DNA of 64,000 nucleotides from the NCBI GenBank assembly GCA_963719495.1, contig CAVRCI010000005.1, positions 64,001 through 128,000 on the forward strand, written 5' to 3'. Made by a program: the position numbers and the translations under genes. Below, piece after piece: positions 40,303-51,208 of this stretch. Within the stretch, counting starts at the first letter, position 1. Every line of letters begins with the position of its first letter. Source of the DNA: an uncultured Verrucomicrobiae bacterium. Its GTDB lineage: Bacteria; Verrucomicrobiota; Verrucomicrobiia; Chthoniobacterales; JAATET01. Below the pieces are notes generated by a model, which had not been told where the DNA came from, did no database searches, and saw only the letters and a program-made list of their open reading frames with translations.

Positions 40303-41777
40303 ACAAACGTCATATCTGTCTCGCCGTCGATCTCGGCGCCGGCAGCGGCCGCGTGGTCGCTGGCATCCTCGAAAACGACCGCCTCGACCTCCGCGTCGTC
40401 AATCGGTTCAGCAACAAACCCGTCAAACTCGACGACGGCTGGCACTGGCAATTCGACCGCCTCTTCGCCGAGATCCAGACCGGCATCCGGCAGGCCATCG
40501 AAACCTTTGGCACCGACGTCCGCTCGATCGGCGTCGACACTTGGGGCGTCGATTACGGCCTCCTCGACGCGGACGGCGCTCTTCTCGCCGCGCCAATGCA
40601 ATACCGCGACAGCCGCACCGACGGCATGATGGACGAGGCGTTCACCCGGATGCCGCGCACCGAGATCTACGATCGGACCGGCATCCAGTTCATGTATTTC
40701 AACACGCTCTACCAACTCCTCGCCGAAGCGCGCGGACCGGAGAAGCGCCTCGACCGGGCCAAAAGCCTCCTCCTCCTCCCCGATCTCATCAACTACCGCC
40801 TCACCGGTCGCCAAGCGACCGAGCGTTCGATCGCCAGCACCGGCCAGCTCCTCACCGCCGCCACGCAGGATTGGGACCGCGATATCCTCCGCGCCATGGA
40901 CCTGCCAGAGGCGATCTTCGGCGACCTCGTCGACGCCGGCACCGACCTCGGACCGCTCCTGCCCGAGGTGGCCGCTTCGCCCGGCGAGGACGCGATCCGC
41001 GTGATCGTCTCCGCCGGCCACGACACCGCCGCCGCCGTCGCCGGCGTGCCCGCCGCCGAGAGCGAGCCCGTTTTCCTCAGTTCCGGCACGTGGTCGCTCT
41101 TCGGGCGCGAGTTGCCCGCCCCGGTCATCACCGAAGCGGGCTACGAAGCCGGTTTCTCCAACGAAAGCGGCGTCTTCGGGACCACCCGCTATCTCAAGAA
41201 CATCGCCGGCCTCTGGCTCCTCCAGGAATGCAAGCGCCACTGGGACGCCGCGGGCAGCACGCTCGACTTCGGCGCGCTGGTCGACGCCGCCGAGGCCGCG
41301 CCCGCCTTCGCGGCGGTCCTCAACCCGGACGACCCGTGCTTCCAAGCCCCCGAGCACATGCCGACGGCGATCGCCGATTACCTCGAACGCACCGGCCAAC
41401 CCGGTCTCACGGAACCCGGCGACGTCACGAGGCTCATCCTCGAGGGTCTCGCTTTCCGCTACCGCGACGCGAAGGAAACTCTCGCAGTCCTCACCGACCG
41501 CCCCGTCGAGCGCATCTACGTCGTCGGCGGCGGATCGCAAAATCGCCTCCTCAATCAATTCGCCGCCGACGCCACCGGTTGCAACATCATTGCCGGTCCG
41601 GTCGAGGCCACCTCGGCGGGCAACGTCCTCATGCAACTCTACGCGCTGGGCGAGATTTCCTCGCTCGCCGAGGGCCGCGAGCTGATCCGGCGCTCGTTCG
41701 AAACCGTAACCTTCGAGCCACGCGACACCGCCGCCTGGGCCACCGCCAGCCTCCGCTTCAACCAACCACCCGCCTAA
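40299..41777 (+). CDS. rhaB: Rhamnulokinase (FGGY family)
   Basis: AVDLGAGSGR, IGVDTWGVDYGLLD, TGIQFMYFNTLYQL, GHDTA, SSGTWSL, KNIAGLWLLQEC. Confidence 0.92.
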   Translation: MNKRHICLAVDLGAGSGRVVAGILENDRLDLRVVNRFSNKPVKLDDGWHWQFDRLFAEIQTGIRQAIETFGTDVRSIGVDTWGVDYGLLDADGALLAAPMQYRDSRTDGMMDEAFTRMPRTEIYDRTGIQFMYFNTLYQLLAEARGPEKRLDRAKSLLLLPDLINYRLTGRQATERSIASTGQLLTAATQDWDRDILRAMDLPEAIFGDLVDAGTDLGPLLPEVAASPGEDAIRVIVSAGHDTAAAVAGVPAAESEPVFLSSGTWSLFGRELPAPVITEAGYEAGFSNESGVFGTTRYLKNIAGLWLLQECKRHWDAAGSTLDFGALVDAAEAAPAFAAVLNPDDPCFQAPEHMPTAIADYLERTGQPGLTEPGDVTRLILEGLAFRYRDAKETLAVLTDRPVERIYVVGGGSQNRLLNQFAADATGCNIIAGPVEATSAGNVLMQLYALGEISSLAEGRELIRRSFETVTFEPRDTAAWATASLRFNQPPA

Positions 41778-41785
41778 CCCCACCC

Positions 41786-41899
41786 CCTCTTTCTCTTAAT
41801 CCTAATCTTAGTCTTTCTCAGTCGTAACAATCCGCACTCTCCACTCCAAAACCAACCCGGGAGAAGAGTAGGGCAAAGATTATGATTAAGAGAAAGAGG
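41786..41899. repeat. Inverted-repeat pair built from hexamer-like units
   Basis: cctctttctcttaatc...gattaagagaaagagg. Confidence 0.85.
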
Positions 41900-41912
41900 T
41901 GAAACATTCCGC

Positions 41913-43412
41913 ATGAACTACTCGACCCACATCGAAGATCCCGACGTCGTCCTCATCGGCAGCGGCGTCATGTCCGCCAACCTCGGTGCTTTGCTGAAAC
42001 GCCTCTCGCCCGACCTGAAGATCCAGGTCTACGAAGTGACCGCCGACGCCGCGCAGGAGAGTTCGAACGGCTGGAACAACGCCGGCACCGGCCACGCCGG
42101 CATCTGCGAGTTGAGTTACACCCCCCACCGCGAAGCCGATGGCACCGTCGACGCCTCCCGCGTGATCGGCATCTTCGAGCAATTCGAGGCCTCGCGCCAA
42201 TTCTGGGCCACCGCCATCGCCGACGGCATGGTCACCAACCCCAAGGAATTCATCAATCCCGTCCCGCACCTCAGCTTCGTCCACGGCGAGGAACAGGTTG
42301 ATTTTCTCAAAGCCCGCCACGCCGCGATGTCGGCGCACCACTTCTTCGCGTCGATGGAATACTCGACCGACCGCGAGACCATCGGCGCCTGGTCGCCCCT
42401 CCTCACCGAAGAGCGCGGCGAAGTCCCCATCGCCGCGACCAAGATGGACGCCGGCACCGACGTGAACTTCGGCGCGATCTCGCAAAAACTCATCGCCTGG
42501 CTCGCCAAGCAACCCGGCTGCGGCGTTGCGTCCGGCCACCGCGTGACCGACCTCACGAAGACGAAGTCCGGCTGGGATCTGCGAATCAAGGAACTCACGA
42601 CCGGAAAAATCCGAAAGAACCGCGCGAAGTTCGTCTTCGTCGGAGCCGGCGGCGGCAGCCTCCCGCTGCTCCAAAAGGCGGGCATCCCCGAAGCCAAGGG
42701 CCTGGGCGGCTTCCCGATCGGCGGCCAGTGGCTCGTCTGCGACGTCCCCGAGATCGTCGACCGCCACCAGGCGAAAGTTTACGGTCAGGCGCTCGACGCG
42801 GCGCCCACCATGGCTGTTCCCCACCTCGACACCCGCATCCTCGACGGAAAGAAAACGCTCCTCTTCGGCCCCTTCGCCGCGTGGACGACGAAATTTCTCC
42901 ACAAACACGGCAGCTACCTCGATCTCCCGCTCTCCGTGAAAGCCGACAACCTCGCGACCCTCGTCAAAATCGGCATCCACAACCTCGACCTCGTCCGCTA
43001 CCTCATCCAGCAGGGCACCCAGAGCATGCGGGACCGCATGGACGTCCTCCACGTCTTTTACCCTGCCGCCGAGGCCAAGGATTGGAAGCTCATCGACGCC
43101 GGCATCCGCGTCCAGGCCATCAAGAAGACCGACGGCGAAGCCGGCATCGTCCACTACGGCACGGAAGTCATCACCGACGCCGACCGCACGATCTCCGCCC
43201 TCCTCGGCGCGTCCCCCGGCGCGTCCGTCTCGGTCGACATCGTTCTCGAAGTCGTGAAAAAATGTTTCCCACAACTCCTCGAAACCGCTGAAGGCCAAGA
43301 GCGCATGAAGCACCTCATCCCCACGTGGGACGTCGACATCAAGCTCCCGGAAAACGCCGACTACTACCGCGAAGTCGCCGCCACCGCCACCGAGCGACTC
43401 CAGCTTGGGTGA
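41913..43412 (+). CDS. mqo: Malate:quinone oxidoreductase
   Basis: DVVLIGSGVMSA, ESSNGWNNAGTGHAGICELSYTP, MAVPHLDTR, LLGASPGAS. Confidence 0.93.
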   Translation: MNYSTHIEDPDVVLIGSGVMSANLGALLKRLSPDLKIQVYEVTADAAQESSNGWNNAGTGHAGICELSYTPHREADGTVDASRVIGIFEQFEASRQFWATAIADGMVTNPKEFINPVPHLSFVHGEEQVDFLKARHAAMSAHHFFASMEYSTDRETIGAWSPLLTEERGEVPIAATKMDAGTDVNFGAISQKLIAWLAKQPGCGVASGHRVTDLTKTKSGWDLRIKELTTGKIRKNRAKFVFVGAGGGSLPLLQKAGIPEAKGLGGFPIGGQWLVCDVPEIVDRHQAKVYGQALDAAPTMAVPHLDTRILDGKKTLLFGPFAAWTTKFLHKHGSYLDLPLSVKADNLATLVKIGIHNLDLVRYLIQQGTQSMRDRMDVLHVFYPAAEAKDWKLIDAGIRVQAIKKTDGEAGIVHYGTEVITDADRTISALLGASPGASVSVDIVLEVVKKCFPQLLETAEGQERMKHLIPTWDVDIKLPENADYYREVAATATERLQLG

Positions 43413-43429
43413 CGAGGAATGCGGTTGTG

Positions 43430-43558
43430 GACAGGATTTACAGGATTGAGAGGATTATACTTTAGTGACTTCGAGCCGCGCCTCCGTCCAAGTTCTGCGC
43501 TTCCAATCATTCCTCACGCATCCTTCAGGACAATCCCGTAAATCCTGTTAATCCTGTC
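43430..43558. repeat. Inverted arms of 9-bp repeats (ACAGGATTT / AATCCTGT); single arm also near 61735-61763
   Basis: gacaggatttacaggatt...aatcccgtaaatcctgttaatcctgtc. Confidence 0.85.
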
Positions 43559-43574
43559 AATAAAACCCTCACCC

Positions 43575-44003
43575 ATGCTCCGCGGAATCTCCCCCCTCAT
43601 CAGCCCCGACCTCCTCGCCGTCCTCGCCCGCATGGGCCATGGCGACGAGATCATCCTCGCCGACGCCCACTTCCCCGGCGACACCTGCAACGCCCGCGTC
43701 CTGCGAGCCGACGGCCTCCGCATCCCCGATCTCCTCGCGGCGATCATGCCGCTCTTCACCCCCGACCAATACGTCGACCATCCATTCGCGATGATGGCCG
43801 CCGTCCCCGGCGACGAACTCGATCCGACCGTCGAACAATCCTACCTCGCCGCGATCCGCGAGACCTGGCCCGACATCACCGCCGTCGAACGAGTCGCGCG
43901 AATGGCGTTCTACGACCGAGCCCGCGCCGCTTTCGGCGTCGTCATGACCGGAGAGACCGCCAAATACGGCAACATCGCCCTCCGCAAAGGCGTCACCGGC
44001 TGA
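43575..44003 (+). CDS. fucU: L-fucose mutarotase (RbsD/FucU family)
   Basis: [14 protein letters not shown]...[31 protein letters not shown]. Confidence 0.93.
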   Translation: MLRGISPLISPDLLAVLARMGHGDEIILADAHFPGDTCNARVLRADGLRIPDLLAAIMPLFTPDQYVDHPFAMMAAVPGDELDPTVEQSYLAAIRETWPDITAVERVARMAFYDRARAAFGVVMTGETAKYGNIALRKGVTG

Positions 44004-44004
44004 C

Positions 44005-44508
44005 GTGCGCCGCGCCTTCGTAGTCGCCGGGCTTTTCGTCGCCGCGACACTCCACGCCAACACCGCCTCGGACCGCCTCGCCGAATACTCCGCTTCACTC
44101 AGCGAGAAATTTCCGGACGTCCCCACGATCACAACAGCGGAACTGGCCGCACTCGCGCCACCGCCCGTTCTTCTCGACGCCCGGTCCGCGAAGGAATTCG
44201 CCGTCAGCCACATCCCCAACTCTCTCCGTTTCACCGGCACTCCGGACCTGGCGCGCGACCAACCGATCGCCGTCTACTGCTCGGTCGGCTACCGCTCCGC
44301 GCTCGTCGTCCGAAAGCTCCAAGCCGCCGGCTTCACGAACGTCCGCAACCTCGAAGGCTCCATCTTCGCCTGGGCCAACGAAGGCCGCCCGCTCGTCCAC
44401 GCCATCGGTCCCGCCACCGGCGTCCACCCGTTCAACTTCCTCTGGGGTCGCTACCTCGACCGCCGGCTCTGGAAATGGAATCTCGATGAAGATCAAAACC
44501 GCGAATGA
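44005..44508 (+). CDS. Exported rhodanese-like protein
   Basis: LLDARSAKEFAVSHI, VYCSVGYRS, NLEGSIFAWANEG. Confidence 0.9.
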   Translation: MRRAFVVAGLFVAATLHANTASDRLAEYSASLSEKFPDVPTITTAELAALAPPPVLLDARSAKEFAVSHIPNSLRFTGTPDLARDQPIAVYCSVGYRSALVVRKLQAAGFTNVRNLEGSIFAWANEGRPLVHAIGPATGVHPFNFLWGRYLDRRLWKWNLDEDQNRE

Positions 44509-44638
44509 ACGCTAATGGACGCGAATAATGCCGATATCTCTCTCAAAGCGCATCAATTCCCAAGGTCGTGCCATCGGCCACCACGCGATGGCGCGGAATT
44601 CTCACTACATCCGCGTCCATTCGCGTCCATCCGCGGTT
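44497..44638. repeat. Inverted arms of 10-bp repeats (CGCGAATGGA / TCCATTCGCG); single arms near 34327-34356 and 34447-34472
   Basis: aaccgcgaatgaacgctaatggacgcgaat...atccgcgtccattcgcgtccatccgcggtt. Confidence 0.85.
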
Positions 44639-44661
44639 AAAAATTCACTGAAAATTCAATC

Positions 44662-46815
44662 TCATTTTTCGCCGAGATTTTCCCGAAACGCCGCCACGTC
44701 GTTCGTTGGCAACCGGCACACGAAATTCTCACAGACGTATCCCGTCGGTTTCCCGCCGATCGCCGCCACGCTCTCGTAAAACTCCGCCTCGCTCGCAAAA
44801 AACGTCCGGTCTACCTCCCCGTCGATCAGCGCCAGCACGGTCCCCGGGCGATATTCCGACCACACCGCCCGCAGCATTTCCTGCGTCGCCTCGGCCTCCC
44901 GGTCGCCGACAATTACGATCTGCCGCGCCGCCGAAAGCTCGACCTCGAGCGCAACCAACCCCATCGGCATCGCGAGCGGTGCCCGGCTCATCGGCTCCCC
45001 AAGCGCACCCAATGTTTCCCCGGCCCGCTCGGTCATCGCCGGGTCTCCGAGCAGATGCCCGAGCCGCGACAAATTGAGCGCCGACACCGTATTCGGCGAA
45101 GGCTCCGCCGCGTCCGACAGCTCCTTCATGCGCAGCAACACGTCGGCATCGTCCGCAACCGAGCTGAAATACCCGCCGCCCTCCGCGTCCCAGAAAAGCT
45201 CATCCTGTTTCGCCTGCAACGCCTTCGCCCACGCAAGCCGTTCCACGTCGAAGCCCGATTCGTAAAGATCGACCAACCCCCCGATCACGAACGCGTAATC
45301 CTCCGCAAACCCATCGATCCCAGCTCCCTCGCCCCGCCAGGAACGGCCGAGCTTCCCCGTCGCCTCGTCGAAAAGATTCGCCTTCAGAAACTCCGCCGCG
45401 CGGTTCGCCGCCGCCAAATATTCTTCGTCACCGAGGACCTGATACCCCTTAGCGAACGCCGAGATCATCAAACCGTTCCACGCCGCCAGCACCTTGTTGT
45501 CGAGGTGCGGACGCGGCCGCGCCTCGCGGACCTCGAACAGTTTCCGCCGACTCTCCGCCAATCCGTCGGTCGACCCGCGCTCGATCAGCACGTTCTTTCC
45601 GCGTAATTCCGGTTCCGCTCCCGCGTTCCCGCCCGGCTCGACGCCGTAAACCGCACCAAATTCCGCCGCGGCCTCCGCCCCCAACACCGCCTCGATCTCA
45701 TCCGCCGTCCACACGTAAAACGCCCCCTCCGCTTTGTCCTTAAACCCAGCCCGCACGTAGCTGTCCGCGTCCTCCGCCGAATAAAATCCGCCCTCCGGCG
45801 AAGTCAGATCCCGCAACACGTAGGTAAAAATGTCGCGCGCCGTCTCCGCGAATTCCTCCCGTTGCGTCATCTGAAACGCGATGAGATACGCTTCGGCGAG
45901 CTGCGCCTGATCGTAGAGCATTTTCTCGAAGTGCGGGACGTGCCACTCGGCGTCGACCGAATAGCGGTGAAATCCTCCGCCCAGATGATCGTGAATCCCA
46001 CCCTTCGCCATCTTCTCCAACGTGAACGTCGCCATCTCGATCGCCCGCTTCCCGACCTCCGAATCCCCCCCAACCCGCCGCGCTTCGCTGAACAAAAACA
46101 GCAACTCCGAAGGCCGCGGAAACTTCGGCGCACCGCTGAACCCACCGTCCTTCGCGTCGAATCGCTCGACCATCTGATCGAACCCGGCCTCGAGAATCTG
46201 TGCGTCGAGCTTGGTCTCCGAGGCCTCGCCGCTCACAGCAAACTTCCGCAATTGCTCGGTGACTTCCGAAGCCTGCTCGCGGATCCCCGCCGCATCCGTC
46301 TTCCAGGCGTTCGCAATCTGTTCGATCACCGTCGGAAAACCCGGGCGCCCGTAAGCGCTCTTCGGCGGAAAATAGGTCCCACCCACGATGGGTTCCAAAT
46401 CCGGCGTGAGCCAGACGTTCAGCGGCCAACCACCGCCGCCCGTCGTCGCCTGCAGGAACGCCATGTAAACCCGATCCACGTCGGGCCGCTCCTCGCGGTC
46501 GAGCTTCACGTTGATAAAACTCTCGTTCAACTGCGCCGCGATTGCGGGATCACTGAACGACTCCCGGTTCATCACGTGGCACCAGTGACAGGTCGAATAC
46601 CCAACCGACAAAAAGATCGGCTTGTTCTGCTCCCGAGCCGCCGCAAAAGCCTCCTCGCCCCACGGATACCAATCGACGGGATTATCGGCGTGCTGCTGCA
46701 AATAAGGCGAAGTCGCGTCGGCGAGCCGATTCTTCGCGAAAACGGAACTCGCCCCGAACCCCACCATCACCACAAAGAGACACCACGCGGAACCCAGCCT
46801 TTTGATTCGCCCCAC
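44662..46815 (-). CDS. Thioredoxin-domain protein YyaL/DUF255
   Basis: [53 protein letters not shown]; start uncertain. Confidence 0.93.
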   Translation of the reverse strand: MGRIKRLGSAWCLFVVMVGFGASSVFAKNRLADATSPYLQQHADNPVDWYPWGEEAFAAAREQNKPIFLSVGYSTCHWCHVMNRESFSDPAIAAQLNESFINVKLDREERPDVDRVYMAFLQATTGGGGWPLNVWLTPDLEPIVGGTYFPPKSAYGRPGFPTVIEQIANAWKTDAAGIREQASEVTEQLRKFAVSGEASETKLDAQILEAGFDQMVERFDAKDGGFSGAPKFPRPSELLFLFSEARRVGGDSEVGKRAIEMATFTLEKMAKGGIHDHLGGGFHRYSVDAEWHVPHFEKMLYDQAQLAEAYLIAFQMTQREEFAETARDIFTYVLRDLTSPEGGFYSAEDADSYVRAGFKDKAEGAFYVWTADEIEAVLGAEAAAEFGAVYGVEPGGNAGAEPELRGKNVLIERGSTDGLAESRRKLFEVREARPRPHLDNKVLAAWNGLMISAFAKGYQVLGDEEYLAAANRAAEFLKANLFDEATGKLGRSWRGEGAGIDGFAEDYAFVIGGLVDLYESGFDVERLAWAKALQAKQDELFWDAEGGGYFSSVADDADVLLRMKELSDAAEPSPNTVSALNLSRLGHLLGDPAMTERAGETLGALGEPMSRAPLAMPMGLVALEVELSAARQIVIVGDREAEATQEMLRAVWSEYRPGTVLALIDGEVDRTFFASEAEFYESVAAIGGKPTGYVCENFVCRLPTNDVAAFRENLGEK

Positions 46816-46902
46816 ATTTCGGAGGGCGAGGCTCCCGCCGAGCCACCGCAAACCAGTTGGGCCGCTCAACAAACCAAGCTCCCGCGGTCCCGTCCTACCA
46901 AA

Positions 46903-48015
46903 TCACGCCGCCTCCGCCAGCGATTGCCCAAGAGCATTCAGCACGATGTCGACGTTGTCGCTCGTGGACGATTCGCCCATCAAGCCGATCCGCCAGACCT
47001 TCCCCTTGAGCGGCCCGAGTCCCGCGCCCACTTCAATCCCGAAGTGCTGCAGCAAATGCGTTCGCACCTTGGCCTCGTCGACGCCTTCCGGCACGCGCAC
47101 GCTGTTCAGCTGCCAAAGTTGGTGACCCGGCTGCGACGCGATCTCGAGGTCGAACTCGGCGAGTCCGGCTTTGAGTTTGTGGTGATTCCGCTCGTGCCGG
47201 GCGAACCGGTCCTCGAGACCTTCTTCGAGAACAAGGCGGAGTGCTTCGTGCAGCGCGTAGTTCATCGAGATCGGAGCCGTGTGGTGATACGCGCGCTCCG
47301 TGCCCCAGTAGGAGGCGAGGAGATTCACGTCCAAATACCAGCTCTGGACCTTCGTCTTGCGCGACGTCGCCTTTTCCATCGCCCGCTCGCTCAGCGAGAC
47401 CGGCGACAGCCCGGGAGGGCAGGAAAGACACTTCTGCGTGCCGCTGTAAACGGCGTCCACGCCCCACTCGTCCAGCTTGACCGGACAGCCCGCCAGCGAC
47501 GTGACGGTGTCGATGAGCAGCATCGCACCCGCGTCATTGGCGACCTTCGAAATCGGTTCGATCGGCGTCAACGCGCCCGTCGACGTCTCGGCGTGAACCA
47601 CGCCGATGATCTTCGGATTTCGCCCCTCGATGGCTTTCGCCACGGCCTCCGCAGTGATCACGTGTCCCCACTCGGCCTCGACTTTGATCACCTCCGCCCC
47701 GCAGCGCGAGGCCACGTCGGCCATGCGACCGCCGAAGACTCCGTTCACGCAGACGACGACTTCGTCGCCGGGCTCGACCAGATTCACGAGACAGAATTCC
47801 ATGCCCGCGCTGCCCGTGCCACTCACCGGAAACGTCATCCGGTTCTTCGTCTGAAACACCTCGCGCATCATCGTCTTGATCTGCTCCATCATTTCCATGA
47901 ACGCCGGATCCATGTGACCGATCAGCGGCTTCGCCATGGCTTCGAGGATCGACGGCGCGACCATGCTGGGGCCGGGGCCTAGAAGGAGACGGGAGGGTGG
48001 GTGGAAAGTTTCCAA
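46903..48015 (-). CDS. Alanine-glyoxylate/serine-pyruvate aminotransferase (class V)
   Basis: [40 protein letters not shown]. Confidence 0.93.
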   Translation of the reverse strand: METFHPPSRLLLGPGPSMVAPSILEAMAKPLIGHMDPAFMEMMEQIKTMMREVFQTKNRMTFPVSGTGSAGMEFCLVNLVEPGDEVVVCVNGVFGGRMADVASRCGAEVIKVEAEWGHVITAEAVAKAIEGRNPKIIGVVHAETSTGALTPIEPISKVANDAGAMLLIDTVTSLAGCPVKLDEWGVDAVYSGTQKCLSCPPGLSPVSLSERAMEKATSRKTKVQSWYLDVNLLASYWGTERAYHHTAPISMNYALHEALRLVLEEGLEDRFARHERNHHKLKAGLAEFDLEIASQPGHQLWQLNSVRVPEGVDEAKVRTHLLQHFGIEVGAGLGPLKGKVWRIGLMGESSTSDNVDIVLNALGQSLAEAA

Positions 48016-48034
48016 AGTGATTGGTGAGTGGTGA

Positions 48035-48598
48035 TCAGTGATTGATAGGTAACTTCGCGGTGCCCGCGAGAGTCAGGAGGACGACCCCGTAAAAAATCGA
48101 ATTGATGCCGTAGAGCAACCCGATAATAGCGGGCGCGTCGCCCGGGAACCCGGAGAAAATCAGGATGCCCAAGACAAAAGCGACGATGCCGTTGACGAGC
48201 ATCAGCCACTTCGGACGACCCGTCGGACCGCGAAAGCTCCCGATGGCGAAGACGAGCCCCTCCGCGATGAAGAAAATCCCGAGAATAATTGCCAAAGACA
48301 ACGCCCCGGCCAGTGGATCAACCAGCAGCATCAACCCGACCACCAACCGAATCACCGCCAGAATCACCGACGTCGTGCGGTGATGTTTTTCGTCTCCGAA
48401 AACCACCGCGCCGATCGAGAACACGCCGCTGATCACGCAGAAAATGCCGATCACCTGCGCGATCGCGAGGGCCGCGATGTTTGGCAGCAGGATGGCGAAA
48501 ACGCCGACCAGCAGCGAAACGACGCCGAAGAAAATGAGCCAGCCGCGCTTTTTCGGCAGGAGAGCGGTCGCGGAAGCGGGGAGATCGGAGTCGGCCAT
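48035..48598 (-). CDS. HdeD/DUF308 membrane protein
   Basis: About six TM helices with WLIFFGVVSLLVG and a repeated half. Confidence 0.8.
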   Translation of the reverse strand: MADSDLPASATALLPKKRGWLIFFGVVSLLVGVFAILLPNIAALAIAQVIGIFCVISGVFSIGAVVFGDEKHHRTTSVILAVIRLVVGLMLLVDPLAGALSLAIILGIFFIAEGLVFAIGSFRGPTGRPKWLMLVNGIVAFVLGILIFSGFPGDAPAIIGLLYGINSIFYGVVLLTLAGTAKLPINH

Positions 48599-48642
48599 GA
48601 CTCCCAGAATTAGGCGACCACGCGGCCCCCGTCAAAAGCCAA

Positions 48643-49152
48643 TCATTGCAGCGTCTTCACGAGCTTCGTGACGTCGAAGTCCCGCGCGACCGCTTCGGCG
48701 ACGATCCGCTCGTAAACCGCCGGCGAGATTTTCGGATCGCGCGCGAGGATCCACAGATAATCCCGCGACGGCGATCCCACCAACGCCCAGTCGTAAGCCT
48801 CCTCGTCCAAAGCGAGGATCCAGTAGTCACCCGTGAACGGCCAAAAGAAGCTCACCTTCAGCTTGGAGTTGTCGCTGCCCGCCACGGGTTTTGCCGTGCC
48901 GACGCTCCGCTTGGTCTCGCCTTCCGCCGTCACGCACTGGTTGTCGACCTTGATCGTTCCGTCTTCCCGAGGCGTGTAGGTCGCCGTCACCGCGCGGGCG
49001 CAATCGCGTTGAAACCACGTCGGGAAGCGCGCGATCTCGTGCCACTCGCCGGAGTAACGTTTGAGGTCGACGCTCGCGACGGTGGCGGGCGGATTGGACG
49101 TGGCGCACGCCCCGAGGGCGAGGCTGAGGGCGGCAAGGGCGAGGAATTTCAT
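48643..49152 (-). CDS. blc: Lipocalin Blc lipoprotein
   Basis: Lipobox LGAC; VDLKRYSGEWHEIAR, LKVSFFWPF, YLWILAR. Confidence 0.92.
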   Translation of the reverse strand: MKFLALAALSLALGACATSNPPATVASVDLKRYSGEWHEIARFPTWFQRDCARAVTATYTPREDGTIKVDNQCVTAEGETKRSVGTAKPVAGSDNSKLKVSFFWPFTGDYWILALDEEAYDWALVGSPSRDYLWILARDPKISPAVYERIVAEAVARDFDVTKLVKTLQ

Positions 49153-49207
49153 TCGGAAACTGGGTTTGGATGTGACGCGGGCGGGTGCCCGTCCTAATTT
49201 CCACCCG

Positions 49208-50788
49208 ATGACGCGCCTCTTCGCAAGCCTCGCCTTGATCGCCCTCCTCGCGGGCTGCGGCGGACCGCGCGACCGGGCGGACCTCGTTTTCATCAACGGC
49301 GCGGAACCCGAGACCCTCGACCCCGCCATCATCACCGGCCAACCCGAGGGCCGCATCGTCAACGCCCTCTTCGAAGGCCTCACCAGCTACGACCGCACCG
49401 GCAAGGCCGTTCCCGGCGTCGCCGAATCCTGGACCATCTCCGACGACGGCCGCACCTACACGTTCCGTCTCCGCCCCGACGCCAAGTGGAGCGACGGCCG
49501 CACCGTCACCGCCACCGATTTCGTCCGCTCCTGGCAGCGCACCCTCACGCCCGCCACCGGCTCCGCCTACAACTACCAACTCTACTACGTCAAAAACGCC
49601 CAGGCCTTCGCCAACGGCACCCTCACCGACTTCGCGCAGGTCGGCGTCCGAGCCCTCGACGACCGCACACTCGAAGTCGAACTCACCAATCGCACCCCGT
49701 TCTTCCTGGAACTCGCCGCCTTCCCCACGCTCCACCCCGTCCCGGTCGACCTCATCGACCGCGTCGGCGACGATTGGGTCAAGCCCGAGCACCTCGTCAA
49801 CAACGGCGCCTACCTCCTCGAGGACTGGCGGCTCAACGACCACATCCGCCTCCGCAAAAATCCCGACTACTGGAACGCCGCCGCCGTCGCCGTCGAGACC
49901 GTCGACATTCTCCCGATCAATCAGGCCAACACCGCGTTCAATTTCTACGAAAGCGGCATCGCCGACCTCGCCATCGACAAAGGCCTCATGCCCCCCGCGC
50001 TCCTCGAGAATCTCAAGACGCGCCCCGACTTCCACGCCGCCCCCTTCCTCGGCACGTTTTTCCTGCGCTACAACTGCGTGGCCGGCCCCTTCGCCGACCC
50101 CCGCGTCCGCCGCGCCTTCTCCCTCGCCGTCGACAAACGCCGCATCGTCGAAAAAATCACCCGCGCCGGCGAGACCCCCGCCGCCGGTTTCGTCCCCCCC
50201 GGCATCGACGGCTACGTCTCCCCCGACGGCCTCCCCTACGACCCCGCCCAGGCAAAGGCCCTGCTCGCCGAAGCTGGCTACCCGAATGGCGAAGGCTTCC
50301 CCCTCGTCCGCTACCTCTACAACGAGAGCGAGCAGAACCAAGCCATCGCCGTCGAACTCCAGGCCATGTGGCGCGACGTCCTCGGCGTGACCGTCAACCT
50401 CACCCGCCAGGAGTGGAAGGTCTACCTCAACTCCATGAACGAACTCGACTACGACATCGCCCGTTCGAGCTGGGTCGGCGACTACCCCGACCCGAACACC
50501 TTCCTCGACATGTTCCTCACCGGCGGCGGCAACAACCGCACCGGCTGGACCGATCCCGCCTACGACGCCCTCATCGCCCGCGCAGCGGAAACCGTCGACC
50601 CCGCCGCGCGCTTCGACGTCCTCCGCGCAGCCGAGCGCCTCCTCGTGACGGAGGCCTCCCCCATCTGCCCTATCTACTTCTACGTCGGCATCCAGCTCTA
50701 CGACCCCAACCGCATCGGCGGCATCGAACCCAACGTCCTCGACGAGCACCCGATCAAAGCCATGTTCGTCCGCGACGGGGGCGACTGA
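49208..50788 (+). CDS. oppA: Oligopeptide ABC transporter substrate-binding lipoprotein
   Basis: LAGC lipobox; NGAEPETLDPA, LFEGL, PGVAESW, WSDG, WVGDYPDP. Confidence 0.9.
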   Translation: MTRLFASLALIALLAGCGGPRDRADLVFINGAEPETLDPAIITGQPEGRIVNALFEGLTSYDRTGKAVPGVAESWTISDDGRTYTFRLRPDAKWSDGRTVTATDFVRSWQRTLTPATGSAYNYQLYYVKNAQAFANGTLTDFAQVGVRALDDRTLEVELTNRTPFFLELAAFPTLHPVPVDLIDRVGDDWVKPEHLVNNGAYLLEDWRLNDHIRLRKNPDYWNAAAVAVETVDILPINQANTAFNFYESGIADLAIDKGLMPPALLENLKTRPDFHAAPFLGTFFLRYNCVAGPFADPRVRRAFSLAVDKRRIVEKITRAGETPAAGFVPPGIDGYVSPDGLPYDPAQAKALLAEAGYPNGEGFPLVRYLYNESEQNQAIAVELQAMWRDVLGVTVNLTRQEWKVYLNSMNELDYDIARSSWVGDYPDPNTFLDMFLTGGGNNRTGWTDPAYDALIARAAETVDPAARFDVLRAAERLLVTEASPICPIYFYVGIQLYDPNRIGGIEPNVLDEHPIKAMFVRDGGD

Positions 50789-50979
50789 CGACGCCCGAAC
50801 CCACATCCAACCTTCGCCGACCACAGCCCCCTCCTGTCATTCTGAACGAAGTGAAGAATCTCTGACTTCTCCGGCAAACGACCCGCCACGCAGGAAGTCC
50901 GCGATCCTTCACTCCGCTCAGGATACCAGGTCGGGTGTCGACCCACTGCGATCGGCATCCTTTCGGAGGAAAAATCCCC

Positions 50980-51007
50980 TTGACGCCCGCGCCCCCCGTC
51001 CTACCTT
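50980..51007 (+). promoter_or_regulatory. Candidate sigma70 promoter TTGACG-N16-TACCTT
   Basis: Placed so that transcription would start just before the riboswitch. Confidence 0.65.
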
Positions 51008-51015
51008 TACCCCAT

Positions 51016-51141
51016 CTTATCAAGAGTGGCAGAGGGACAGGCCCGCTGAAGCCACGGCAACCGACCCGGAATCGCACCCGCGACTCCGAGTGACCAGGTG
51101 CCAAATCCTGCTCGAAGGCTCCGGCCCTCGGGGAAGATGAG
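51016..51141 (+). ncRNA. SAM-I (S-box) riboswitch
   Basis: CTTATCAAGAG-TGGCAGAGGGACAGGCCC-GCTGAAGCCA-CGGCAACC...GGTGCCAAATCC...GATGAG fits the S-box consensus; P1 CTTATC/GATGAG. Confidence 0.93.
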
Positions 51142-51208
51142 ATGCGAACCGCCTCTTCGTAGGTCTGTCCGCCTCTGCCGCTCTTGATGGGACGAAAAGT
51201 CATACCCA